DNA of 32,000 nucleotides from Candidatus Saccharimonadota bacterium (GTDB lineage: Bacteria; Patescibacteriota; Gracilibacteria; UBA1369; 2-02-FULL-48-14). Of the stretch, positions 7,350 to 15,741 are shown piece by piece; within the stretch, counting starts at the first letter, position 1, and every line of letters begins with the position of its first letter. The notes under the pieces were generated by a model that saw only the letters and a program-made list of their open reading frames with translations, was not told the DNA's origin and did no database searches. The DNA lies in the NCBI GenBank assembly GCA_016699145.1, contig CP064962.1:1-32000 (forward strand), given 5' to 3'. The position numbers were made by a program, and so were the translations under genes.

Positions 7350-9673
7350 TAATCCGTCGAATCAAGTACCTTTTGAACCTGATGGGCCTCGTGATGGGCT
7401 GAAATTTTGGAATAAAGCAGAGACAAAGTCTCCAAATGTTCTCGACTGAGGTCCTGCAAAGTCTTCCCTTGGTAGGGGGCTAAAATTTGATGAATGGTAT
7501 CTGAAACATAATGATGAAAGGCAAAATTCACCTCCGCTGCAAAGCGACTCGACAAAGAGCCCAGCACCGAATTCATTTCTTCAAACCATTCGTGACTGGG
7601 GTCCAAAAAACGATGGATGAGACTGGGAATCACCTCTACATCTTCCAATTGAGCCAAGGACAAAAGAGCGGCTTTTTGCAGATTTTTATCTGAGCTGGCA
7701 GTCAGCTCGTGCAAAAGACTTTGGGCCGGTTTATAAACCACTTCGCCGGCAGCAACAACGCCCGCTCGCACGAAATCTTTTTTGGGACTTTTGAGCATTT
7801 GCTCCAAATGATGTACTAGAGTGCTGTGCATAGATTCATCCTTCCACAAGGCCACCAAAGCCGCGGCTCGCACTTCAGGGTCTTTATCGTCCAAAGCAGG
7901 AGCTAAATAATATTTCAAATTGGGATCGCTGAACAATTTGAGCATGCGAATGAGCTTTGCCCGATGAGCAGAATCTTCGTTGAGTCCACGAAGTACAAAG
8001 TCCGTAAAACGCTCCGCATTCATGGTGAAGAGACAATCGACGAGCGCTTCCCTCACAAGAGCATCTTTTTCCAAAAGCAAATGCGCCTCCAAAGTGTGGA
8101 GCACGCGAGTGCGAGTGAAAGAATGAGTGAAGGAAGGCTTTTTTAAAATTTCAAAACCATTCAAAGCTTGAATCACGGCAAAACGCAGACGATCGGAGGG
8201 AGAATCGAGCAAAGTGAGCAAAGTCTCCACGGCTGTCACATCTTCTCTAAGCCCCAGGGTATGGATGATTTTTTCTTTGAGCACCAAGGGTTCTTGTGGC
8301 CGTTTCAAAATGCGTTGCAAAGAACTAGCCAACGGACCGTGGCCCTTTTGACCTAAAATTTCTACCGCATTGAGCCGAGTGGATAAATCCAATTTATGGC
8401 TGAGGTTGTGTTCACACATTTCGGTGTAATGGCCAGACATGCGGCGTAGGAAAAAGCCCATGGTGGCAGCAAAAATCAAAATCAAAACGTTGAGCCCCAA
8501 AACCATGCGAGCGTCCTGAAACAGCAGCGTAATGCCGAGCACGCAGCCGGTTCCCAAAAGAGCTCCTAAAGGCTTGATCAAACCTTGCAAGACTTCCTTT
8601 GCATCGTCTCTGAGTTCATGAGGAATGGCATAATAAGTGGAGTCGTAACCGTTTTTAAAGAAAATATTGGTGAATTCAAAACCTCCCTTTACAAGAGCCG
8701 CACTGGCAAAACTGTAATGATAAGTCATGGCGAGTACATTCAAAATCACTCCAATCGGGTGCAGTAGCATGCTCCAAACCACTCCCAAGGAAGTGAGCAC
8801 CCGGCTGGCCGCAATGAGCTGAATAAAAAGAGCCACTGAATAAAAAACCATGTGCAAAGTTCCCAGTCGAGTCGTGAGATCTTCTTCGTAATGTTCACTG
8901 TGAGCCACGGCATTTTGTAAAGCATTCGTGTATTGAAATTCCACAACATTCATCACGGCCAAATGCAAACACACCACAATCAAAAGTCCTTTCAAAAAAG
9001 GAATTTTCTTGAGTTCTCTGAGTCTATTCAATAATTTTTTAGGAGCATGCACTCGGCCCTGTTCCAATTTAGGCACTTCTAAAGTTCGAGGATTGAAGAG
9101 CAGCACTATGGGCACAATAAGGAGTAGCAAAATCACCCAAAGCACCATGAATTTGTAAGCCGGAAAACTGTGCGAAAAAGTGCTGAGCAAAAATCCACCG
9201 ATGATTCCTCCTAAAGTTTCAGCCGATTCAATCACGGGGAAAACACGTTGGCTTTCTAAGGGTGAAAACAGCTCTTCATTGAACAAAGAAATAAGAATGC
9301 TGAGCTGAGTGACAAACACCGCCTGGCCAATCATGTAAAAAACAAAAAATATGCTGTTGCCTTGAGGTAGAAATGCGACGGATGCAATCAAAAAAGCCGC
9401 AGAATAAAGCACGGTGTAAGTGATCAAAAGTTCCCGCCGTACACGGTGCAAAAGCGGGCGGTAAAGCACGGTGCCCAGCATGGCCAAAAGAGCATTCCCC
9501 AGAAAGAAAACCGGCAAAAGCTGAACCCCAATTTGACTCAAAAAAGTGGCTAAAAGAATGGTCGAACCAATAATAAAGCCGATGCGAGTCAAAAAAGTCA
9601 TGCTCCAACTCACCAAAAGGCGCGGCCATTCATGATTTTGCAGGTTGAGTATTCGATTGAGAGTGGCGAGCAT
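7349..9673 (-). CDS. polytopic transporter (MFS or TLC/nucleotide-transporter-like) fused to a C-terminal HEAT/PBS-lyase repeat domain
   Basis: The first ~430 aa contain about a dozen hydrophobic helices. The last ~340 aa carry HEAT-like repeats (SDRLRFAVIQAL, DPEVRAAALVALW, DKNLQKAALLSLAQL). Confidence 0.65.
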   Translation of the reverse strand: MLATLNRILNLQNHEWPRLLVSWSMTFLTRIGFIIGSTILLATFLSQIGVQLLPVFFLGNALLAMLGTVLYRPLLHRVRRELLITYTVLYSAAFLIASVAFLPQGNSIFFVFYMIGQAVFVTQLSILISLFNEELFSPLESQRVFPVIESAETLGGIIGGFLLSTFSHSFPAYKFMVLWVILLLLIVPIVLLFNPRTLEVPKLEQGRVHAPKKLLNRLRELKKIPFLKGLLIVVCLHLAVMNVVEFQYTNALQNAVAHSEHYEEDLTTRLGTLHMVFYSVALFIQLIAASRVLTSLGVVWSMLLHPIGVILNVLAMTYHYSFASAALVKGGFEFTNIFFKNGYDSTYYAIPHELRDDAKEVLQGLIKPLGALLGTGCVLGITLLFQDARMVLGLNVLILIFAATMGFFLRRMSGHYTEMCEHNLSHKLDLSTRLNAVEILGQKGHGPLASSLQRILKRPQEPLVLKEKIIHTLGLREDVTAVETLLTLLDSPSDRLRFAVIQALNGFEILKKPSFTHSFTRTRVLHTLEAHLLLEKDALVREALVDCLFTMNAERFTDFVLRGLNEDSAHRAKLIRMLKLFSDPNLKYYLAPALDDKDPEVRAAALVALWKDESMHSTLVHHLEQMLKSPKKDFVRAGVVAAGEVVYKPAQSLLHELTASSDKNLQKAALLSLAQLEDVEVIPSLIHRFLDPSHEWFEEMNSVLGSLSSRFAAEVNFAFHHYVSDTIHQILAPYQGKTLQDLSREHLETLSLLYSKISAHHEAHQVQKVLDSTD

Positions 9674-9692
9674 GGATGAAATAATTCATAGT

Positions 9693-9701
9693 ATTATAAC
9701 A
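9693..9701 (-). promoter_or_regulatory. extended -10 element (TGTTATAAT) for the transporter-HEAT gene, sharing an AT-rich core with a possible divergent murJ -10 (TATTAT)
   Basis: The minus strand reads TGTTATAAT, 19 nt upstream of ATG 9673. Only 42 nt separate the two divergent starts. Confidence 0.4.
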
Positions 9702-9715
9702 TATTTTTGACAGAA

Positions 9716-11281
9716 ATGGAAGGGCCGCCCTGTCCTTCTCCTCAAAACTTTGCTAAAATTCCAGACGTGCTTGCTTTCTTAAAAAAAGATCCAGTGCGTT
9801 TGGGGGTTATTCTTTTGGCCCTTTCTTCCTTAATCAGTCGTGCATTGGGGCTGCTCAGGGACTTGGTTTTTTCCTCGATTTTTGGGGTAGGAACACAGGC
9901 TGGTCCTTTGGCCCTGGATGCCTATTTTGTGGCCTTCAAAATTCCAGACTTTCTCTACACGCTGCTCATTTTTGGAGCCATGTCCGCCTCTTTCATCCCG
10001 CTTTACACGCAATTGCGCAAAAAAGAGGGACAAGACAAGGCCTTCGAATTCACCAGCCAAGTGCTCACCGGTTTGATGGGCCTTTTACTCTTTTGTTCGC
10101 TGCTCGGCTGGCTCACCGCTCCTTATCTCATTCCTCATTTGGCTTCCGGTTTCGACCCCCAGCTTCAATCCTTGGCCGTGACCCTGACTCGCATCATGCT
10201 TTTATCGCCTATTTTCATGGGACTCAGCAGCATTCTGCAAGGAGTCGAAAATGCCAATAAACGCTTTTACGGAACCGCTTTGGCTCCTGTTTTTTATAAT
10301 CTTAGCATCATTTTAGCTGCGCTCATTTTTGGCCGCACTCATGGAGTTTACGCTTTGGCCTATGGAGTGGCTGCCGGCGCTTTTTTACATTTTTTAATTC
10401 AAATTCCCGGTGTCTATGCCAGCGCTTACCGTTATCGTTTTCACTTCAAATGGAAGGACAAAGCATGGAGGGAATTTCTCGCCTTGAGCGTTCCACGCCT
10501 GCTCGGCATTTCTTCCATTCAATTGGCTTCCATTGCAGACGTTTTTTTAACAAGCTTTCTAAGCGTGGGGAGTCTTTCGGTTTACAACTACGCCTTCAAC
10601 TTGCAAAGTTTGCCCTATGGAGTGGTGGCCCTTGCCGTATCCACCGCCGTTTATTCCAGTTTGGCAGAGCAAGTCGATGAACCTCAGCAGTTTATAAACT
10701 CCTTGCGACAAAGTCTTTCTCAAATTCTATTTTGGGTTTTACCGGCAGTGCTGGGCCTATATTTGCTTCGAGAGCCATTGATTGAACTGCTTTTAGAACG
10801 CGGCGCTTTTGATGCCGAGGCCACGCAGCGCACTGCAGAAACTTTGAAAATTTTTGTTTGGACCGCCTTGCCACTCAGCTTCATTCCCCTGTTCACACGA
10901 GCTTTTTATGCCTTTAAAAAAACCTTTTTCCCGGCCAGCGTGGCTTGTGTATCGATGGCGGGAATCATCCTTTTCAACAGCCTGGGCATTTTCGTTTACG
11001 GAGGGGATTTAAAAACCTTAGCCCTGGGAAATGTGCTGGGAACGACTTTGAACGCCTTGCTGCTTGTTTTAGGTTTAGCACAGCACTTCAAACGATCCCC
11101 CTTGCATTTTTTGGATGCAAAAAAACTCAGCATTCAAATCACTTCCTTAGCCGTAATGATCGCGGTTTTGATGCAAAGCGAATCCCTGCCCTTACTCCTG
11201 CAAATAAGCCTGGCCGCGGCGACTTATTTGGGACTTGCACTCTTATTGAATACGGCCCTTCAAAAGAAGATCCGGACCTAG
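9716..11281 (+). CDS. murJ: lipid II flippase MurJ (MviN)
   Basis: The N-terminal signature SRALGLLRDLVFSSIFG is present and the protein is polytopic over about 520 aa. ATG 9716 is chosen over the track's TTG at 9707. Confidence 0.85.
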   Translation: MEGPPCPSPQNFAKIPDVLAFLKKDPVRLGVILLALSSLISRALGLLRDLVFSSIFGVGTQAGPLALDAYFVAFKIPDFLYTLLIFGAMSASFIPLYTQLRKKEGQDKAFEFTSQVLTGLMGLLLFCSLLGWLTAPYLIPHLASGFDPQLQSLAVTLTRIMLLSPIFMGLSSILQGVENANKRFYGTALAPVFYNLSIILAALIFGRTHGVYALAYGVAAGAFLHFLIQIPGVYASAYRYRFHFKWKDKAWREFLALSVPRLLGISSIQLASIADVFLTSFLSVGSLSVYNYAFNLQSLPYGVVALAVSTAVYSSLAEQVDEPQQFINSLRQSLSQILFWVLPAVLGLYLLREPLIELLLERGAFDAEATQRTAETLKIFVWTALPLSFIPLFTRAFYAFKKTFFPASVACVSMAGIILFNSLGIFVYGGDLKTLALGNVLGTTLNALLLVLGLAQHFKRSPLHFLDAKKLSIQITSLAVMIAVLMQSESLPLLLQISLAAATYLGLALLLNTALQKKIRT

Positions 11282-12241
11282 TTTTTTATGAGTCACCTCT
11301 TCAAGCGTGAAGGGCAAATCTTCGTCTAAAAAATCCAAAGCTTTTTGGCCCAAAAACACCGGAGCCATGAGCAATTGAACTTCATCCACTGCCTTGGCTT
11401 TTACAAAAGCCGTGAAGATTTTTTGCCCCCCTTCCACTAAAAGAGAATGCACATTCTGCTCCGCCAACACTTTCAAGATTTTTTTGATGGAATTTTCTTC
11501 CAAAACCAACACATTTTCGTCGCGAAAAATCTGCAAAGCAGAGGGGAGGGGACGATCATCTTTTAAAATCACACGCAAGGGGTCCCGTCCCGGCACCTCA
11601 CGCACCCCCAAATGAGGATCATCAGCGAGCACGGTGCCCGCTCCGACCAAAATGGCCTGATGTTCATGGCGCAAACCATGCACATAACGTTTGGCCGCCG
11701 CGCCGGTGAGCCAGCATTGTTCACCCCGTTTGACCGCAATTTTTCCATCCAAACTCAAAGCCGCTTTAAGGGTCACCCAAGGGCATCCCGTTTCATGGAA
11801 ATGATAAAAAAAGCGATTGAGTTCTCGCGCTTGTTTTTCCAAAAGTCCCACTTCCACTACGACTCCTGCCTCTCGCAAACGAGCCAGTCCTTTGCCCGCC
11901 ACTTTAGGGTTGGGATCTTCGGCGGCCACCACCATTCGCTCAATTCCACTCGCGAGCACCGCCTCCACACAAGGAGGCGTTTTTCCATGATGGCAACAAG
12001 GCTCCAAAGTCACATAAAGCGTTGCACCACGCGGATCCAGCCCCTTCGCCTCACAGTCTCGCAAAGCCTCCACTTCAGCATGAGCCGCACCGTACTTCGT
12101 GTGATACCCCTCACCGATGCGCTTCCCGTCTTTCATCAAAATCGCACCCACCATCGGGTTCGGCTCGGTCCAACCCCGCCCTTTTTCAGCCAAACGCAAA
12201 GCACGGTTCATCACCCACGCATCAGGAGGGATCTGGATCAT
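11243..12241 (-). CDS. ribD: bifunctional riboflavin biosynthesis deaminase/reductase RibD
   Basis: The CMP/dCMP-type zinc motifs HAEVEAL and [13 protein letters not shown] are followed by the reductase half ([18 protein letters not shown]). Confidence 0.92.
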   Translation of the reverse strand: MIQIPPDAWVMNRALRLAEKGRGWTEPNPMVGAILMKDGKRIGEGYHTKYGAAHAEVEALRDCEAKGLDPRGATLYVTLEPCCHHGKTPPCVEAVLASGIERMVVAAEDPNPKVAGKGLARLREAGVVVEVGLLEKQARELNRFFYHFHETGCPWVTLKAALSLDGKIAVKRGEQCWLTGAAAKRYVHGLRHEHQAILVGAGTVLADDPHLGVREVPGRDPLRVILKDDRPLPSALQIFRDENVLVLEENSIKKILKVLAEQNVHSLLVEGGQKIFTAFVKAKAVDEVQLLMAPVFLGQKALDFLDEDLPFTLEEVTHKKLGPDLLLKGRIQ

Positions 12242-13437
12242 ACGTGATTCAATAAATGACCCAATTTATCTTTTTTTGTTTTCAAATAGGCACGACTGCT
12301 GGCTCCAGGTTTAATTTCTAAAGGCACTCGCGCCGTCACTTGAAGCCCATGCCCCTCTAGACCCACGATTTTTTGAGGATTGTTGGTCAGCAAATGGATG
12401 GTATTTAAGCCCACATCTTTGAGCATTTGAGCTCCAATGCCGTATTCACGCAAGTCCGCTTTGAAGCCGAGTTTCTGATTGGCCTCCACCGTATCCATGC
12501 CTTTGCGCTGCAAAACATAAGCCTTGAGTTTATTGATGAGCCCAATGCCACGCCCTTCTTGTCGCAAATACAAAAGCACTCCTTCACCTTTGGCGGCAAT
12601 TTGCTTCAAAGCGGCATCCAATTGTGCTCCACAGTCACAGTGTTGTGAATGAAACACATCCCCGGTCATGCACTCGGAGTGAGCCCGCACGAGAACGTTT
12701 TCTTTTCCCTCCACCTCTCCTTTCACGAGCAAGATGTGTTCGCTGGCATCAATGGCATTGCTATACACCATGATTTTAAACTCTCCATAGTCGGTCTGTA
12801 TGAGCGTCTCCACTTCACGAGTCACCAAGTGCTCCTTGAGTCGTCGATACGCAATCAAATCTTGAATCGTGATCATCTTTAAATCATGAGCTCGAGCAAA
12901 TTCCAATAAATCGTCTCGGCGAGCCATTTCACCATCGTCTTTAATGATTTCACAAATCACACCTGCCTCCGAAAATCCTGCAAGGCGAGACAAATCCACG
13001 GCCGCCTCGGTATGGCCCGCGCGCACCAAAACCCCTCCTTTGCGAGCTCGAAGAGGGAAGAGGTGACCCGGCTTCACAAAATCGCGAGCAAAGCTTTCAG
13101 GGGAAGCAAGGGCTTGAACCGTCTTCGCACGGTCACTGGCCGAAATTCCGGTCGTGGTACCCGCCTTCACATCCACCGAAATCGTGAAGTTGCATCGGCT
13201 GGTCTCTGCTTCATCACCCGTCATGGGGGGCAAATCCAAACGATCGGCATCTTCGGAATTCATGGGAACACAAATCAGTCCGCGCCCAAACTTCATCATA
13301 AAATTGATGTGAGCTGGAGTACAAAGCTGCGCCGGCATCACCAAATCTCCTTCGTTTTCACGATCTTCGTCGTCCAGAACAATGAGCATTTTGCCCTGAC
13401 GGAGTTGGTCGAGTGCATCTTCAATGGAGGTCCACAT
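12238..13437 (-). CDS. ribBA: bifunctional 3,4-dihydroxy-2-butanone-4-phosphate synthase / GTP cyclohydrolase II
   Basis: DHBP synthase motifs ([21 protein letters not shown]) and GTP cyclohydrolase II motifs ([22 protein letters not shown]). It overlaps ribD by 4 nt. Confidence 0.93.
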   Translation of the reverse strand: MWTSIEDALDQLRQGKMLIVLDDEDRENEGDLVMPAQLCTPAHINFMMKFGRGLICVPMNSEDADRLDLPPMTGDEAETSRCNFTISVDVKAGTTTGISASDRAKTVQALASPESFARDFVKPGHLFPLRARKGGVLVRAGHTEAAVDLSRLAGFSEAGVICEIIKDDGEMARRDDLLEFARAHDLKMITIQDLIAYRRLKEHLVTREVETLIQTDYGEFKIMVYSNAIDASEHILLVKGEVEGKENVLVRAHSECMTGDVFHSQHCDCGAQLDAALKQIAAKGEGVLLYLRQEGRGIGLINKLKAYVLQRKGMDTVEANQKLGFKADLREYGIGAQMLKDVGLNTIHLLTNNPQKIVGLEGHGLQVTARVPLEIKPGASSRAYLKTKKDKLGHLLNHV

Positions 13438-13446
13438 AGGACGCCA

Positions 13447-14208
13447 CTATACCTCAAAGCGCCAAAACCCTTCAATCTTTTCACCGCTGAGCAAATCCTT
13501 AATCAATTTTTCAGGATTTTTTACAAAAGCTTGAGTCAAAAGGGCAAACTCTTCACGGAATTTCTTTTCCTTACCTTCCATGATTTTTTCGATGATGGCA
13601 TCGGGCTTGCCTTCGGCTTTGAGCTGTTCCGTCCAAATTTCCTTTTCCTTAGCAACGAGTTCAGATGAAATGTCTTCAGGGGAGAGGTTTTTGGGGTTCA
13701 TTGCGGCCACGTGCATGGCAATGTCGCGCACCGTTTCTTCGTCACCGCCACTGGCAGAAACAATCACTCCAATGCGGTTGTTCAGGTGGGTGTAAGCTGC
13801 AAGCTTGGGTCCACTCACCACTTTTTTGTCGCTGATCACCACTTTTTCTCCCATCGCCATTCCAAGTTCAGAAATGTCTTGGTCAAAATTGGCATCTTCC
13901 CCTTCACGGAGCAGTTTTTCAGCAAGCTCCTGAGCCCTTTTCAAGAAATCAGGGTTTTTCGCTACAAAATCGGTCTCACAACCGAGGGCAATCATCGCGG
14001 CTTTGTTGTCTTGTTGCACGATGGAAACCACTCCATTGGCCGTGGCACGATCGGCGCGTTCAGCAGCCTTGGCGGCTCCTTTTTTGCGCAAAATTTCAAT
14101 GGCCATTTCTTCATCGCCATTCGCTTCTTCTAAAGCGGACTTACATGCGGACATAGAGACCCCGGTTCGTTCACGGAGACTTTTGATTTGATCGATAGAA
14201 ACTGACAT
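13447..14208 (-). CDS. tsf: translation elongation factor Ts (short form)
   Basis: UBA-like N-terminus IKSLRERTGVSMSACKSALEEANGDEEMAIEILRKKG, followed by CETDFVAKN and AMHVAAMNP. Confidence 0.9.
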   Translation of the reverse strand: MSVSIDQIKSLRERTGVSMSACKSALEEANGDEEMAIEILRKKGAAKAAERADRATANGVVSIVQQDNKAAMIALGCETDFVAKNPDFLKRAQELAEKLLREGEDANFDQDISELGMAMGEKVVISDKKVVSGPKLAAYTHLNNRIGVIVSASGGDEETVRDIAMHVAAMNPKNLSPEDISSELVAKEKEIWTEQLKAEGKPDAIIEKIMEGKEKKFREEFALLTQAFVKNPEKLIKDLLSGEKIEGFWRFEV

Positions 14209-14228
14209 AGGTTTTTAAAATTCAAAAA

Positions 14229-14852
14229 TTAAACAGTAGGAGCAGCCGGAGGCGTAGGTTCAACAGGTTTAGGTGCCTCAGGTGCAGGCATCGGAGCTGT
14301 GGCCACGGGAGCTTCTGGGGCTTTCACAGCTTCGGGCATCGGAGCTGGAGTAGGTTCTGGGGTTGGAGCCGGCTCCACAGGAGTTGGAGTAGTCACAGGT
14401 TCAGGGCTTGGGGCTGGACTAGCAACAGAAATGCTGACAGCCACGGGGGTGACTACGGAAGCAGCTGGGGCAGCAGGGCTCTTATGAAACCACTTTTCAA
14501 GCGGAATCTTTTGACCGATTCCAGAAGCGAGAGGAAGCACGGCTTGTTTTCCATTCCAGGCTTGCCAAAGGGCAAACAGAGTCATGAGGGTCATCAGTAC
14601 ACGAGCTGCCCAGAAAATAAGACCAAAAAGGCCCAGCATGCCAATCGGCATGACAAAAGCAAGAATTTGAAGCACCAAATAAATCGCCACGTCCACCGCA
14701 AAAATGCCGGCAGCATTTTTAGCATGCCAAACATAAGAGGGATTGTCCCCGTGTTTCATCATGGTCCAAATGAAAAGAGGACCAATGTAAGCAACGAGAG
14801 CGTGACCATCCTTTGCAGGAGTGGGAGCAGGCATTTGTAAAGTTTCAGTCAT
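14229..14852 (-). CDS. membrane protein (DUF4870-like core) with a Pro/Ala-rich C-terminal tail
   Basis: About three to four TM helices (YIGPLFIW.., HAKNAAGIFAVDVAIYLVLQILAF..), followed by roughly 90 aa of PAPTPEP-type low complexity. Confidence 0.5.
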   Translation of the reverse strand: MTETLQMPAPTPAKDGHALVAYIGPLFIWTMMKHGDNPSYVWHAKNAAGIFAVDVAIYLVLQILAFVMPIGMLGLFGLIFWAARVLMTLMTLFALWQAWNGKQAVLPLASGIGQKIPLEKWFHKSPAAPAASVVTPVAVSISVASPAPSPEPVTTPTPVEPAPTPEPTPAPMPEAVKAPEAPVATAPMPAPEAPKPVEPTPPAAPTV

Positions 14853-14870
14853 AAAGCGTGGATTTAAGAA

Positions 14871-15569
14871 TTATTTACGGTTTTTTCGAAGCCCTTCTTG
14901 AACAGCACCGCCCAGTTCTCCAACAAAGAATTGGATAGCCTTGATGGCATCGTCGTTTCCAGGAATCACATATTGAATTCCATCGGGATCGGCATTGCTG
15001 TCCACCACACCCACGACGGTGACCCTCATTTTAATGGCTTCTTGCACAGCGATTTTATCGCGGTGGCAGTCGAGCACAAACACCGCATCAGGCATGCGTT
15101 CAAGAGACGCCACACCCCCCAGCGCGTTTTCCAATTTCTCAATTTGCTTGTTGAATTGAACCACTTCTTTTTTGGTGTACTTGTCGAAACCGCCGTTTTC
15201 ACGCTGTTCCTTGAGGTCGAGCATGTACTTCACACGAGAGCGGATGGTCTTGAAGTTGGTCAAAAGACCTGGAATCCACTTGGAAGTTACAAAAGGCATT
15301 CCGCATTTTTCAGCGGCCTCTTGCACAATTGCCGTGGCTTGAGGTTTGGTGCTCACAAAAAGCACTGTTTTTCCATTCATCGCTGCAGCGGTGAGGAATT
15401 CTTTGGCCGCCATCAAGCCTTGATAGCTTTGATTGAGGTCAAAAATATGCACTCCATTTTTTTTGCCGTAGAGGTAAGGAGCAACCTTAGGGTTCCACTT
15501 TGCGGTCTTGTGACCGAAGTGAACGGCATTTGCAAGCATTTCTTGCATGACTTTTTTCTGATCGGACAT
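14871..15569 (-). CDS. rpsB: 30S ribosomal protein S2
   Basis: MLANAVHFGHKTAKWNPKVAPYLYG, VLFVSTKPQA and VFVLDCHRDKIAVQEA. Confidence 0.95.
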   Translation of the reverse strand: MSDQKKVMQEMLANAVHFGHKTAKWNPKVAPYLYGKKNGVHIFDLNQSYQGLMAAKEFLTAAAMNGKTVLFVSTKPQATAIVQEAAEKCGMPFVTSKWIPGLLTNFKTIRSRVKYMLDLKEQRENGGFDKYTKKEVVQFNKQIEKLENALGGVASLERMPDAVFVLDCHRDKIAVQEAIKMRVTVVGVVDSNADPDGIQYVIPGNDDAIKAIQFFVGELGGAVQEGLRKNRK

Positions 15570-15676
15570 GGTTCCTTGGGGTTAACGCTTCGCACCGTCA
15601 CTTTCCACCGAGGATCCCCTCAAAGAGCAGGACAGGAAGGCAGAATCAGGAGCAAAACTGAGATAAATACACGCCG

Positions 15677-15704
15677 ATTATACTCATTAACTCCTGTTTT
15701 GCAA
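15677..15704 (-). promoter_or_regulatory. sigma70-type promoter for the rpsB operon
   Basis: The minus strand reads TTGCAA, a 16-nt spacer, then TATAAT. This implies a leader of about 100 nt before the rpsB ATG. Confidence 0.55.
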
Positions 15705-15741
15705 GTCCCCCTAGCATTTTCAAAAACAATGTGTTACAATT

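Noticed and set aside
13438-13446. FMN riboswitch upstream of ribBA, and a T-box upstream of cysS
   Set aside because: Only 9 nt separate tsf and ribBA, and cysS overlaps yggT by 4 nt, so there is no room for either leader RNA.
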